DNA from: Chiloscyllium plagiosum
Lineage: Eukaryota
DNA: 62,000 nucleotides
Assembly: GCF_004010195.1 (NCBI RefSeq)
Contig: NC_057755.1
Location: 9,339,306 to 9,401,305, forward strand
Reading direction: 5' to 3'
Shown in pieces: positions 1 to 13,612 of this stretch. The notes under the pieces were generated by a model, which was not told the origin of the DNA, made no database searches, and saw only the letters and a list, made by a program, of their open reading frames with translations. A program made the position numbers and the translations under genes. Every line of letters starts with the position of its first letter. The first letter of the stretch is position 1.

Positions 1-1205
1 ACAACATCTTTCCGATAGGAAGGAGACGAGAATTGCACGCAATATTCCAACAGTGGCCTAACCATTGTTCTGTAACGCCACAACATGGCGTCCCAACCGC
101 TTTACTCAATACTCTGACCAATCAAAGAAAGCATACCAAACGCCTTCTTCACTATCCTAACTACCTGTGACTCCACATTCAAGGAGCTTCGAACCTGCAC
201 TCCAAGGTCTCTTTGTTCAGGAACACTCCCTAGAACCTTGCCATTACGTGTATACATCCTGCTAAGATTTGCTTTCCCAAAATGCAATACTTCGCATTTA
301 TCAGAATTAAACTCATCTGCCACTTCTCAGCCCATTGGCCCACCTCGTCAAGATCCTGTTGTAATCTGAGGTAACCCTCGTCGCTATCCACTACATCTCT
401 AAGTTTGGTGTAAACTGCAAATTTACTAACTGTACCGCTTATGCTCCAAATCATTTATGTAAATGACAAAAAGTAGAGGGCCCAGCACCGATCGTTGTGG
501 CACTCCACTGGTTACAGACCACCAGTCTGAAATACTCTCCAACATCAACCTCTGTCTTCAACCTTTGAGCCAGTTCTGTATCCAAATGGCTAGTTCTCCG
601 TGAATTACGTGATATCTAACCTTGCCAATCAGTCTCCTATGAGGAACCTTGTCGAACGCCTTACTGAAGTCCATATAGATCACATCGACCACTTTGCCCT
701 CATCAATTCTCTTTGTTACTTCCTCGAAAAACTCAATCAAGTTTGTGAAATATGATTTCCCACTCACAAAGCCATGTTGAATATCCCTAATCAGTCCTTT
801 CCTTTCCAAATAAATGTACATTCTGTACCTCAGGATTCCCTCCCACAACTTGCCTACCACCGACGTTAGGCTCACTGATCTACTTTCCCTGACTTGTCTT
901 TATCAACCTTCCTTAACAGTGGCACCACGTTAGCCAACCTACAATCTTCCAGGACCTCACCTGTAACTATCGATGACACAAATATCTCAGCAAGAGGCAC
1001 AACAATCACTTCTCTCGCTTCCCACAGAGTTCTCGGTTACACCTGATCTGGTCCTGAGGATTTATCTACCTATATGTGCTTCAAGACATCCAACACTTCC
1101 TCCTCTGTAAATTGGACAATTTGCAAGATGTCACCTGCGATTTCCCTACAGTCTATATCTTCCATATCCTTTTCTCCAGTAAATATTGAAGCAAAATACT
1201 TTATC
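1..1205 (-). mobile_element. CR1 LINE ORF2 fragment (RT region), decayed, runs off left edge
   Basis: Minus-strand peptides QHGFVSGKSYFTNLIEFFEEV, DVIYMDFSKAFDKVPH, KCEVLHFG and QRDLGVQV are CR1 RT motifs, broken by frameshifts. Confidence 0.93.
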
Positions 1206-1290
1206 AAATTTACAGGTGCATACTCATTACTAGCGAACATGGTACAAAAAAGAAAACGACTGTTTAAAACAAAATAAAGCACATACATGG

Positions 1291-4200
1291 CTCCTTGAAA
1301 ACCGTGTTAGGGAATTGGAGTTGGAACTGGATGAACTACGGATCATTCGGGAGGCTGAGAGGGTAATTGAGAGGAGTGACCGGGAGTTGGTCACTCCTAA
1401 GGCTCAGGACAAGGATAGATGGGTTACAGTTAGAGGGAGAAAGGGGACAGACAGAGAGTGCAGAGATCCCCTGTAGACATTCCCCTCAGCAATAAGTATA
1501 TCGTTTTCGATACTGCTGGGGGAGATGACCTACCAGAGGAAAACCATAGTCGTTAGTTCTCTGGCACTGAGACAAAGAAGGGAAGGGGGCAGAATAGAAA
1601 AGTACCCATGGTAGGGGTCTCGATAGTAAGGGGAATCGACGGGAGATTTGTGGTCAGGATCGGGATTCCTGGAAGGTATGTTGCCTCTCTGGTGCCAGGG
1701 TCCAGGACGTCTGCAATTGCGTGTATAAGGTTCTAAAAGGGGAGGGCGAACAGCCAGAAATAGTGTTACATATTGGCACTAATGATATAGCCATAAAAAG
1801 GACTGAGGATATAAAAAGTGATTTCAGGGAGTTACGATCGAAACTGCAAAGCAGGACGAACAGAGTAGTGTTCTCTAGGTTACTACCGGTGCCACGAGAT
1901 AGCGAGTCGAGGAAGAGGGAGCGGGTGCAGCTTAACACGTGGCTGCGCAGCTGGTGTAGGAGGGAGGGCTACAGATATGTAGATAATTGGGATGCCTTCT
2001 GGGGAAGGTGGGATCTGTACAAGAAGGGCGGATTGCAACTGACCTGGAAGGGGTCCTGGGTGGAAGGTTTGCTCGAGTAGTTCGAGAGGGTTTAAACTAG
2101 TATGGCAGGGGGTGAGAACCTGAGATGTATATCGCAGTTGAGAGTTGATGCAGATGAGGCAATAGCAAGAGGTAGACGCTCTAGTGGGAAGGAATTTCCT
2201 GGGAAGGAACCAAGAGATCAGTTAAAGTGTTTTTGATTTAACGCAAGGAACATCAGGAATAAAAGTGATGAATTTAGAGCGTGGATCAGTACCTGGTTCT
2301 ACGATGTTGTGCCCATAACAGAGACATGGGTTTCTCAGGGGCAGGAATAGCTGCTGGATGTTCCAGGGATTAGAGCATTTATAAAGAATAGGGAGGGTGG
2401 AAAAAGAGGAGGGGGAGTAGCACTACTAATCAGAGAGGGTATTACAGCTACAGGAACTTCCATTGTCGAGGGGGATCTGCCTAGCGAGTCAGTATGGGTG
2501 GAAATTAGGAACATCAAGATAGCAGTTACCTCGTTAGGGGTTTACTACAGGCCCCCTAATAGCAGCAGAGAGATTGAAGAATGCATAGGTCGGCAGATTT
2601 TGGAAAAGTGTGGACGTAGTAGGGTTGTTGTAATGGATGACTTTAACTTTCCCAATATTGATTGGAACCTCCTTCGAGCAGAAGATTTGAATGGAGCTGT
2701 TTTTGTAAGGTGTGTTCAGGAGGGTTTCCTAACTCATTACGTTGACTGGCCGACGAGGGGGGAAGCCATTCTAGACTTTATGCTCGTAAACAAGCCGGGG
2801 CAGGTATCAGATCTTCTGGTAGCAGAGCATTTTGGTGATAGTGACCACAACTGCCTCACATTCTACATAGCTATGGAGAAGGAGAGGATTAGGCAAAACG
2901 GGAGGATATTTAACTGGGGAAGAGGAAACTATGATGCGATTAGACATGAGTTTGGAAGCATGGACTGGGAGCAATTGTTCCATGGTAAAGGCACTATTGA
3001 CATGTGGAGACAGTTTAAGGAACAGTTGTTGCGAGTGATGAATAAATATGTCCCTTTGAGACAGGCAAGAATGGGTAAGATAAAGGAACCTTGGATGACA
3101 AGAGTGGTGGAGCGTCTCGTCAAAAGGAAGAAGGTAGATTACATAAGGTGGAGGAATCTAGGGTCCAGCTCAGCTCTAGACGATTACACACAGACGAGAA
3201 AGGAGTTCAAAGATGGTCTGAGGAGAGCCAGGAGGGGGCACGAGAAAGGCTTGGCAGAACGGATTAGGGAGAACACAAAGGCATTTTACACTTATGCGAG
3301 GAATAAGAGAATGGTCAAAGAAAGAGTAGTGCCGATCAGGGGTAGCATAGGGAACTTGTGTGTGGAGTCTGGGGAGGTCGGGAAGCCCTAAATGAGCTTT
3401 TTGCTTCTGTCTTTACGAAAGGAACAAACTTTGTAGTGAATGAAACCTTTGAAGAGCAGGTGTGCATGCTGGAATGGATAGGGGTACAGGAATCTGATGT
3501 GCTGAAACTTTTGTCAAACATTAAGATTGACAAGTCGCCAGGCTCGGGCCAGATTTGTCCTCGGCTGCTTTGGCAAACAAGAAATGCGATTGCTTCGCCA
3601 CTTGCGATGACCTTTTCATCCTTGCTCTCCACTGGAGTCGTACCTGAGGACTCGGGAGAGGAAAATGTAATTCCTCTCTTCAAGAATGGAAATAGTGAAA
3701 TCCCCGGCAATTACAGACCAGTACGTCTCACGTCTGTCGTCTGAAAGGTGTGAGAAAGGATACTGAGGGAGAGCATTTATGACCATCTGGAAGAGCATAG
3801 CTTGATTAAGAGCACTGAACATGGCTTTGTGAGGGGCAAGTCATGCCTCACAAACCTTATCGAGTTCTTTGAGGATGTGACTAGAAAAGTTGATGAAGGT
3901 CGAGCTGTGGATGTGGTGTATATGGACTTCAGCAAGGCATTTGATAAGGTTCCCTATGGTAGGCTCATTCAGTAGTTCTGGAGAAATGGGCTACAGGGGA
4001 CCTTAGCTGTCTGGATACAGAATTGGCTGGCCAATAGAAGACAGCGTGTGAAAGTAGAAGGAAAATATTCTGCCTGGAAGTCAGTGGTGAGTGGTGTTCC
4101 ACAGGGCTCTGTCCTTGGGCCTCTACTGTTTGTAATTTTTATTAATGACTTGGATGAGGGGATTGAAGGATGGGTCAGCAAGTTTGCAGACGACACAAAG

Positions 4201-5048
4201 GTTGGACGTGTCGTTGACAGTATAAAGGGCTGTTGTAGGCTGCAGCGGGACATTGACAGGATGCAGAGATGGGCTGAGAGGTGGCAGATGGAGTTCAAAC
4301 TGGAAAAATGCGAGGTGATGCATTTTGGTAGGTCGAATTTGAAAACTGAGTACAGGATTAAGGATAGGATTCTTGGCAGTGTGGAGGAACAGAGGCATCT
4401 TGGTGTGCAGCTACATAGATCCCTTAAAATGGCCACCCAAGTGGACAGGGTTGTTAAGAAAGCATATGGTGTTTTGGCTTTCATTAACAGGGGGATTGAG
4501 TTTAAGAGTCGTGAGATCTTGTTGCAGCTCTATAAAACTTTGGTTAGACCGCACTTGGAATACTGCATCCAGTTTTGGAGAGGGTTCAGAGGAGGTTACC
4601 AGGATGCTGCCTGGACTGGAGGGCTTATCTTATGAAGACAGGTTGACTGACCTCGGACTTTTTTCATTGGAGAAAAGGAGGAGGGAGGGGGGACCTAACT
4701 GAGGTATGCAAGATAAGGAGAGGCATAGATAGAGTCGATAGCCAGAGACTATTTCCCAGGACAGAAATGTCTAACACGAGGAGTCATAGTTTTAAGCTTG
4801 TTGTAGGAAAGTATATAGGGGATGTCAGAGACGGGTTCTTTACACAGAGAGTTGTGAGAGCATTGAATGCGTTGCCAGCAGCAGTTGTGGAAGCAAGGTC
4901 ATTGGGGACATTTAAGAGACTGCTGGACATGCATATGGTCACAGAAATTTGAGGGTGCATACATGAAAATCAATGGTCGGCACAACATCGTGGGCTGACG
5001 CGCCTGTCCTGTGCTGTACTGTTCTATGATCTATATTCTATGTTCTAT
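1291..5048 (+). mobile_element. Near full-length CR1 LINE (5'-truncated ORF1 with coiled coil and SGNH esterase; ORF2 APE endonuclease and RT; 3' UTR and tail), inactivated
   Basis: LLENRVRELELELDELRIIRE zipper at 1291; HIGTNDI esterase block; ORF2 from about 2222 (FNARNIRNK, AITETW-like, GVYYRPPN, DFNFPNIDW, GDSDH); RT motifs SGVPQGSVLGPLLF and SKFADDTK; TTCTATG-type tail at 5020-5048. Several stops and frameshifts. Confidence 0.95.
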
Positions 5049-5520
5049 TGCATTCGATTTAACTTTTGAATGAACGGCACAATGACAAAGGATTGTGGAA
5101 AATGTGCAATCTTCAAACCGTACTCTATATGCTCTGTTCAGTGTGCTTACTTCGGAAGAAATGTCACTGCATTGAAAATGCGAAATGTGTTTCCTTTCCA
5201 CGGATCCTACCAGACCTGATGAGTTCCTCCAATAAATTCTGCTTCGTGCTTGCTGTATCCAATTTGTAGTGAAAATCGCTGAACATAACAGTGAATTGAC
5301 ACAGCTTCTGCAGTATGCCAAAATTTGGATGTGGCTGACTGCCTGTCTGGCTTAATAATTAGACAACACATTCAGATCCCAATTGACAAACACTTTGATG
5401 AGATTAAATTCATGTTTACTACTGCAAGTATCAATGAAAATCATAAATTCAAAGAGGATTACTTCAGAGAAAAAAAGGTCCTTTAGCACATCAAGTCCAC
5501 GCCAGAAGAATATTTAACTT

Positions 5521-5831
5521 TTCATAATAGACCTTGCCAATTCCTTTGAGGGATGACGTGTAGTTAAAGAGAACATGTGACCTCTGATACCTTTGTGTAT
5601 TTCTCTGAATCTGTCACGTCAAAATGAATTTGGAGATACTCATAATGCTAAAGTGGATTGACAGAGTAGACTTAGATATGGTGTTTTCGTGCATGAAGAC
5701 AGACTACTTAGATTGTTTTCTTCAGCACTTGAACAGGAGGGATTCAGAGTGAACATGTTTGAAATGTGTAAAATTGTCTTCTCTTTAACTGAACGTCATC
5801 CCTCAACTGAATTGGCAAGGTCTATTATGAA
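5521..5831. repeat. 53-bp inverted repeat pair (5521-5573 / 5779-5831)
   Basis: TTCATAATAGACCTTGCCAATTC...GTTAAAGAGAA and its reverse complement, 4 mismatches by eye, with a spacer of about 205 bp. Confidence 0.9.
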
Positions 5832-6599
5832 TTAAGATTTGATGCAGACTCTTCACAAATAGATACACATACACAATATTTTGATTAATCACACGCAGAT
5901 ACGTCATACAAATTTTTATTAATAAAGTACTGATGAAAATAAGAGTAAAGGTTAGGGTATTAGCCATCTACAATGTGCAACCATTTGAAGGTTCTTGGAG
6001 TCTCCCGTGCCTTTTTATTGGACCATTGCTGATCTAACTCTACTCATGTGCAGTATACAAATAACATAAAATAAGGAGAATATAAGGAGGCCTTAAGAAT
6101 ATAAGGACTCTTTTCAGTCCCGAGAGCCATTTCTGTCATTTATTGAGACCAGTGCTAATCTGTATAATCAAAGCATACTTCTGCCTTTAGCCATTTCCCT
6201 TGAAGATCTTGCTTCACAAACTATATTTAACTCAAATTCAAAATTGATAATTGATCCAAATCGACTTTCGTTAGCACATGGAAGTATTTCAGAGCATCTC
6301 TTCTGAGCGCTGCAGTGGTAATTCTCAGACTATGTCCCCTTGATGTAGCATACATTTATCTTCACAGAAGATAACTGTTAGTATCTTCAAGACATTAAAC
6401 AGATCACCTCTTAAACTGAACTGACTGTATACCACGTTAATGCCATGGAATCTGATATGCAGAAAGCGCCAGCTACATTTCAAGAGCCAGTTAATAAAAT
6501 CATTTTAGGTTTACTCAATAGTGTAGTGTGCATCAATGGTCTGTTGACTTTTATTCAAAGACGGGATGAACATTTGAATCATCTATTGGAATTATTCAA

Positions 6600-7850
6600 T
6601 CGACTTCAGTAGGCAAGTTTGAAGAAAAATGTGGCTCAGAGTAAATTCATAAAGACTCGAGGGAGCTTGGGGCCAAGTTATTGGACGTGGACAGATGCTT
6701 CCATGGAAGTGAGAAGAATGGTTATTGGAGGGTTTCCCCCACATCAATGAAAAGTGGAGTGCTACAGTTCCTCGGGTGGTGTGCTGTTGCTCACAGGTTC
6801 ATTAAAGCTTTTGCAGTGTGGCTGCTTCAATTACTATTTATTGAAGTGAAGAAAATTTCAGTGAACAGAATGTCAGCTGGAAATTGACACCGTGCAAACT
6901 GTGTTTTCCACTTCCATAGAGTTAGACACATCTCGTTATGCAAATGATCTTAACTGTGTGTTGAAGGACGGTATGTGAGTATCAGTGCTGTATTCTTGCC
7001 AGAGGACAATGGGACAATTGAAAGACCTAAAGGTCATTTTTCCACAAGATTGAGTATCCATGAACAGAAATATTCCACATCTGAGAAGGAGATGCTGCAT
7101 TTGGTACATGCGTTGTAACATTTCAACATCTATAGCATTCATAACTGAAGCTAAAAATCTCCTTCAACACCTTAGATATTACGCGTAACGTATCTAAGAA
7201 AAGTGTATATCTTGATCAATATCCCTTTAGTGTTTGGGAAAAAAAAGAATAAACATGCCAGAGTGTGTAGATGTGTATAATTCTTGAATGTGAGATTGAA
7301 AATTATACACATGATAGGAAAGATAATGTAGGCGTGCTTCGAGTCAACATAACGTATACGTATCGTAGTGCATTGACAGCATAAGGCCAAATGCTTTTAA
7401 AAAATGAAGCCATGTGCATATTGATGCTTCATTGCTTTTAGCGGTGGAGTTATGACAATACGATGGCTTTAAGAGATGTTTGCCTTTTTAAAAAAAATTA
7501 ACATAGACTAAGTAAGTAGTCTGGGAAGTCTGCTCTAAACCAATAAACGATTTGAGAGGACATTTTCTTTTCAAGGAAGTGGAACAATACACCCAGCCAG
7601 AATGGTTGAGTTCAATGTAACATATATTTGAGATGTTACATTTTAACTTTCTATTGTTTGCTACGGTCTGGAAGCTAGGTGCCCAAGCTCTTGCTCGTGC
7701 TCTTGTTTCAACTAATCTTAGGTTCTCATGCTGCTGCTAGATCGCATGTTAAACAGTTTATTTTACTGGAATTTTACTTTGCCAAGGGTGCATTTTTGGG
7801 ATGTTACATTATTGGAGCAAATAATTATCAGTCCTTCAAACATGTATGAC
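6600..7850 (+). mobile_element. Decayed Gypsy LTR retrotransposon 3' remnant (RT end, RNase H, PPT, partial LTR)
   Basis: VLQFLGWC..HRFI (RT/connection); HEQKYSTSEKEMLHLVHAL.HF and IIHMIGKDNV (Gypsy RNase H), followed directly by an LTR-like segment from about 7449 that is similar to 48490-49156 and 60908-61527. Confidence 0.75.
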
Positions 7851-8559
7851 TTTTTTTACATATGAAGGAGAAATATCGTTATTCTCTAACAAAGGCAATG
7901 CTAATGAAATGTGGAATAATACAGATATAATATTTTTGCTCAGTGGGCTATGTGCAAGGAACACCGAATTATTTTCTTATCGTTCTGGATCCTTCTGCAG
8001 ATATGACAATAGATTCCCACTGTCATACAAAGTATGAATAAACTTGAATCTTAATGCCAAAAAGGCATTCTCAATTATCTTCCTTTTATTTGTAACCACT
8101 TTGCAATGAATGCACAGGCCAATTTGTAAAAACCAACAAGTTCCGCCGTGACTTTTCTCTGGGCCAATGTGTAATGCACGTGTTGGAATAGCAACTGAAA
8201 CATCTCAGCATGTCTTAAACTTCGACTGCTACATAAGCTTTATTTCCAACATCTCCCTGATAAGTGCATTTTGCCAGTCACGTTATTACAATGGTTTGCA
8301 CCGATTGTCAGCCAAAACAAAACGAAACTTCCTGAAAGAGCACAGAGTAAAACAATAGATTTCATGCGATTATTCACTTCATTTTGGACTGAATCATCCG
8401 TTTTGAAGATTAATCTAATCTGTCCATAAACATATGTATTGGTAATGGATGTTGCAAATGTGGAGTGCATTGGAGTGTTGAGCAGATGGTGCAAATACGT
8501 CAATGCAAAATCAGGACATACGGCTGATTGTAAAGTCTGAAATGCCTTTATTTGGGTAT

Positions 8560-8795
8560 CATTGGTTTACTCAGTTGAGTGAATAGCTGGTTACCAATAT
8601 ATCATTATGTCAGCAGGCGTGCTCAATTCTTTATCAGGCTGTACTCTCCAGTGAACACCCACCTTTCATCCATTTAACTGTTGCTTGTGATGGGGCGACA
8701 CTAAGATATAATCACCAGCACTTATCTCTCTAGCTCTCTCTCTGTAATGCACCAGCAGTCCCATGGCCCAGTATGGCGATAGGAACTTTAAACTT
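8560..8795 (+). mobile_element. Old decayed SINE-like repeat (related copies at about 30085-30275 and 41215-41415)
   Basis: Shared core of the form GATGGTGACACTCAGGTTAAATCACCA(C)CAG..CTCTCT among three places in the window. Confidence 0.5.
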
Positions 8796-9819
8796 ACTGC
8801 ATGAAATATTTTTTTCCATATTCAACTTTTGATTGAGAGCATTATACAAACATTTGCTTCCTCACTGACCACTATAACAATCCCTCTGTAGCCTGTTACA
8901 TTGAGCAATATTGCATGCGTGGATTTCTAAATTCATAATCCAATAAAGTGATCCAAATTCCTTAGAAAGACTGTGCACACCACAAATTCGGGAATAGTGG
9001 AAACATTCCAGAAAGACGTTGAGAGTCATGAAAGCTAAACCAGATTAGTTGGGTAGGATACAGAAGAAGCAGATGAGAAACTGCAGGTAAGGAATGCAGT
9101 ATATTGTATCCAAAGGGACCGTGGTAGGGTATAATTAATGGCATGATGGATTGACATAATTTCATATGTAGCTCGGACTCGGAAATTATGTTTTCATTCG
9201 TGTCATTATGCGCTGACATGATCGAATTTGAACGACAGAAAATGCAGATACAATTAAAGGAGTCCAATAATGATGGAAGTATCAAACTCAATAAAGTCTA
9301 GAATTGGCCTCAACGATTGACTAACTGGTGACGAAACTGCATTAAATGCTGTTGAAGAAACCACAGCGCATTTGCTTTGTACGATGAGATTTGCGATGAG
9401 ACAGGGGGAGAGTTAATCTCTTTATGATGGACCCTGCCACGCTTTTAAGAGGCAGCTCACCACCACCTCCTCAAGAGCATCTCAGATTCGGCAATAAATG
9501 CTGTGCAGCGACGGGCACCCATGTACCACAAGCGAACGAAAAGAAAACAAAAATTTTACATCATGCACAGCATGAAATTTTCGTGCATCGAAAATCAAGG
9601 TCCAAGTTGCTGAACAAAGAGGGCAAGTGTCCATCATACAGAATCGGTAAACCCGAATTCTCCTCTTAACTTCAGAAAGGAAAGTACAAACGGTGAACCG
9701 CAAATTCAAAACAAAATTGTTTCGTCTGTAACAAACTCAAGCATTTTGTTCACAATGCTGAAGTCTGTGAGGAAGAATAATGGGTTTAATGGACTTTGTA
9801 AGCATACCGCTGTAGAGAT

Positions 9820-10096
9820 GGGTGGCATGGTGGTTAGCACTACTGTCTCATAGCGCTAGAGAACCGGGTTCAATCCCCACCTCGGGACATGTCTGTGTGG
9901 AATTTGCACATTCTCTCTGTGTCTGCGTGGGTGTACTCCGGTTTCTTCCCACAGTCCAAAGTTGTGCCGGTTAGGTGAATTGGCCATGCCAAATTGCACG
10001 TGTTAGGTGTAGGGGTCTGGGTTGGTTGCTCTTTGTAGGGTCGGTGTAGACTCGTTGGCCCGAGGGGCCTGTTACCACTCTGTAAGTAATCTAATC
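9820..10096 (+). mobile_element. HE1-like V-SINE (tRNA-derived)
   Basis: tRNA-like head (TGGTTAGCAC A-box region, GGTTCAATCC B box), V-domain TGTGTGGAATTTGCACATTCTC..GTCTGCGTGGG, and AATCTAATC tail. Confidence 0.88.
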
Positions 10097-11364
10097 AGTA
10101 CCATATATGGATAATGTTGCATTTTTATGAACAATTGGGTTACTTGAAGAAAACTTGGCTGCAAGTGCAAACGAGGTTCTGTCTAAATAGTTTTTCACAA
10201 CAATTATACAACCATGACTCATATAACAGAAAAGAGGCTTGTTGGTCCATCAATGCTGCACCAGCAAAACTACAATGCTACGTGTCCTCTTCCTATTTTA
10301 CTGCAATATATCAGTAGCGTTGCATGTTATTACGCTTCAACTGCTCATGTCAGTACTTTCTGAAGGTTGTGAGGTTTCTCATCTCAACAATTCTCCTGAG
10401 CCATGAATTCCAGACCGACAACTTGCATCTGGGTAAAAAGGCTTTTCCATAGAGTCCCTCAAAGCTCTTGCCTTTCACCTTAATATTATGGCCACGGGGT
10501 AGTCTAAAGAATTATCCTGAAAACGATTAATTTTCATTTCCCGCATTTCAATGGAATCCGATGTGTCATTATTCGAGGTATATGGAGAGTTTATCCTTTT
10601 CCAATTGAATAATTTCAAGTTAGATAGTTCAATTGTCTGAACGAATGGTCAAGAAATTATTTTTGGCAGGAATTGGTTTACTCCTGACAGTGATGAAGGA
10701 CGTATCATAATTTGTTATTTTCCATAATTATGAAATATCCAGTTGACCCTCAAATACACAAACCTTGCAGGAATGTTTTTTGGTTGTTAAACAATCCTGT
10801 GTAGTGACTGGAGAAATGGGGAAATAATGTCTACAACCAAAGGACACTCAAACGATAATCAAATGTGAGGGTAGCTGCAAATATATGCGAGACTGAGATT
10901 AATGTTTAATAAGATTTCAAAATCTGTTGAATTAAAGGTACAGATCCAGAGATTTTAAACTAAAGCTGAGACTGAGGGACTCCCATGGTTGTTCTTTTAA
11001 TATTTAGTGTATGTGGGCACCAATGGTTTGGCCAACAGAAATGACTAATCCCACCGTGGTTCGGAGAGGGCAGCAAAATTTCAAACACAATTGTGTGGAG
11101 CTGGAATCACGTGGAGGCAAAAATAGGGAAGTACGGGAATTTTCTCTCCTCAAAAGATGTTCGTCAATCAAATTCGATTAAGACAACCGATAGTCTACAC
11201 ATTTCCGTCAATAGAATCCAGGAGCTTTCTTTCTCTTTGCATTGCTGGTCACCAAGTGGACTACATTAATTCAAAAAGGCAGCTCACCGTTTAATCGTCA
11301 ACGGCACCTAAGTACGGGCAATTAAATGCAGCCCAACGAGAGATGCCCATCTAAAAAAACAAAT

Positions 11365-12905
11365 CTCAGTCATATACCCTAGAACTCTGTGGGAAGCTAG
11401 GGAACTGGTTGCAGGGCCACTTATTGAGATCTTTGCATCATTGATAGTCACAGGTGAGGTGCCAGAAGAATGGAGGTTGGCTAACGTGTTGCCACTGATT
11501 AAGAAACGTGGGAAGGACAAGTCAGGGAACAATAGACCAGTGAGCCTGACGTTCGTGGTGGGCAAGTTGTTGGAGGGAAACCCGAGTGACAGGATGTATA
11601 TGTATTTGGAAAGGCAAGGAATGATGAGGAATGGTCAACATGGCTTTATGCGTGGGAAATCATGTCTCACAAATTTGACTGAGTTTTTTTGAAGAAGTAG
11701 CAAAGAGGATTGATGAGGGCAGGGCAGAAGACGTAATCTATATGGACTTCAGTAAGGCATTTGACAAATTTCCTCATGGGAGACATATGAGCAAGGATTG
11801 ATCTCATGGAATACAAGGAGAGCTAGCCATTTGGAAGCAGGACTGGCTCAAACGTAGAAGGCAGAGATTGGTGATGGAGTGCTGCTTTTCAGACTGAAGG
11901 CCTGTAACCCAGTGGAGCCCCATAAGGATCGGTGCTGGGTCGACTACTTTTCATCATTTACATAAATGATTTGGATGGGAGCATAAGAGGTATAGTTAGT
12001 AAGTTTGCTGTAGACACCAAAATTGGAGATGGGGTGTACAGCGAGGAATGTTACCTCATATTACATGGGAAAATGATCAGATGGGCCAAAGGACTGAGAA
12101 GTTGCAAATGGAGTTTAATTTAGATAAATGTGAGGTGCTGCATTTTGGGAAAGCAAATCTTAGCAGGATTTAACAGGTAGTGTTGCTGAACAAAGAGACC
12201 TTGCAGGGCAGGATCATAGTTCCTTGCATGTGTAGTCGCAGGTAGATAGGATAGTTAAGAAGGCGTTTAACATGCTTTCCTTTATTGCTTAGAGTTTTGA
12301 GTACAGGCGTTGGGACTTACTTCATGTGGCGGCTGTACAGGGCATGGGTTAGGCCACTGTTGGAAAGTGCGTGCAATTGTTCTCCCTTCCTCTTGGAAGA
12401 ATGTTGTGAAAGCTGTAAGGGTTCAGAAAATAATTGCATGGAGATTGTCACTGTTGGAGGATTTCAGGTATAGGGAGAGGTTACATTATCTAGAGCTATT
12501 TTCCCTGGAGCGCCCGAGGATGAGGGGTGACATTATAATGGTTTATAAAATCATGAGGGGCATGGATAGGATAAATAGTCAAAGTCTTTTCCCTGGATTC
12601 GGGGAGTCCATAAATAGAGGGTGCAGGTTTAGGGTGAGACAGAAAGGTATAAATACACCTAAGATGCAACTTTTTAACTCAGAGGGTGATACGTGTATGG
12701 AATGAGCTGCCAGGGGAAGTGGTGGAGGATAGTACAATTGCAACATTTAAAAGGCACATGGATGGTTATATGAATAGGAAGGATTTGGAGGGATGTGGGC
12801 CAGATTCTGGCAGGTGGGAATAGATTGTTTTTGGATAGCTGGTCGGCACGGACACGTTGGACTGAAGGGTCTGTTTCCTAGCTGTACATCTCTATGAATC
12901 TATAT
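11365..12905 (+). mobile_element. 5'-truncated CR1 LINE (RT and 3' UTR)
   Basis: VPEEWRLANV, QHGFMRGKSCLTNL and SKFAVDTK; tail TCTATGAATCTAT. Absent from the paralogous segment near 38240. Confidence 0.92.
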
Positions 12906-13489
12906 CCCTAAAGCTTCAAAATCTGCGACAATAAGATGTAAACATGTGTGGCTAGATGTGTTATCCTCGAATGCTGGATTACCAACCAAGTAAAATGCTA
13001 GAACACCAGCACCTCCTGCCTCATTTCCGTTGTCATCTCGATAGAAAATAGCGACACTATTTTAAAACATTGCTACATTTAGAAACTTTCATGTCAAGGA
13101 AGATCCATCTGTGTCTCTTACCAGGCTAATAACTATAAACTGTGGTAGAACAAATGAATCAAACTAATCTGACTGGCCCGTGTACTTTTGGATTCCCCGT
13201 GAAATGCTAAGAATAGCAAAGGAACGCAGTGGGGCAATTATGGAGTATGAGTGACGTTGCTTAGATTGAAATCTGTTGTTAATCGTGCAATTTTAAGCAG
13301 AGTTATTAATGGACTTAACTTTGTTTAAAAAGGAAAATTGATGGAACACCAGGAAGTGCTGTTATAGGCAGGTATTTTTATAATAAAATAACCGATGAGG
13401 TGAGAATAGTGCTCAACTCTATAATTTTATCGAGGTGGAAGTGACGAATATTTGCGATGGCATTGTGAAATGTTTGGAGTCATTAATGA

Positions 13490-13612
13490 GGAGATGCCAA
13501 TGTTGGACTATGGTGGACAAAGTAAAAAATCATAACGATACTGTGTGAAAGTCCAGAAGATGTATGTAATATCATAAGTTTTCGAAGCACTGCTTCCTGG
13601 TCAGGTGATGGG
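13490..13612 (-). mobile_element. Penelope-like terminal-repeat fragment with decayed hammerhead motif
   Basis: Reverse complement reads ATCAC-CTGACCA-G-GAAGC-AGT-GCTTC-GAAA; flanks resemble the repeat at 40300-40430 and 47860-47987. Confidence 0.6.

Noticed and set aside
3969..4484. Antisense ORFs over CR1 and GPCR sequence (also 16637-17026 and 50842-51384)
   Set aside because: Shadow frames of coding sequence on the opposite strand, with no independent support.
9820..9890. tRNA genes at SINE heads (also 33229, 53231, 60123)
   Set aside because: The A/B boxes run straight into the V-SINE body, with no complete cloverleaf.
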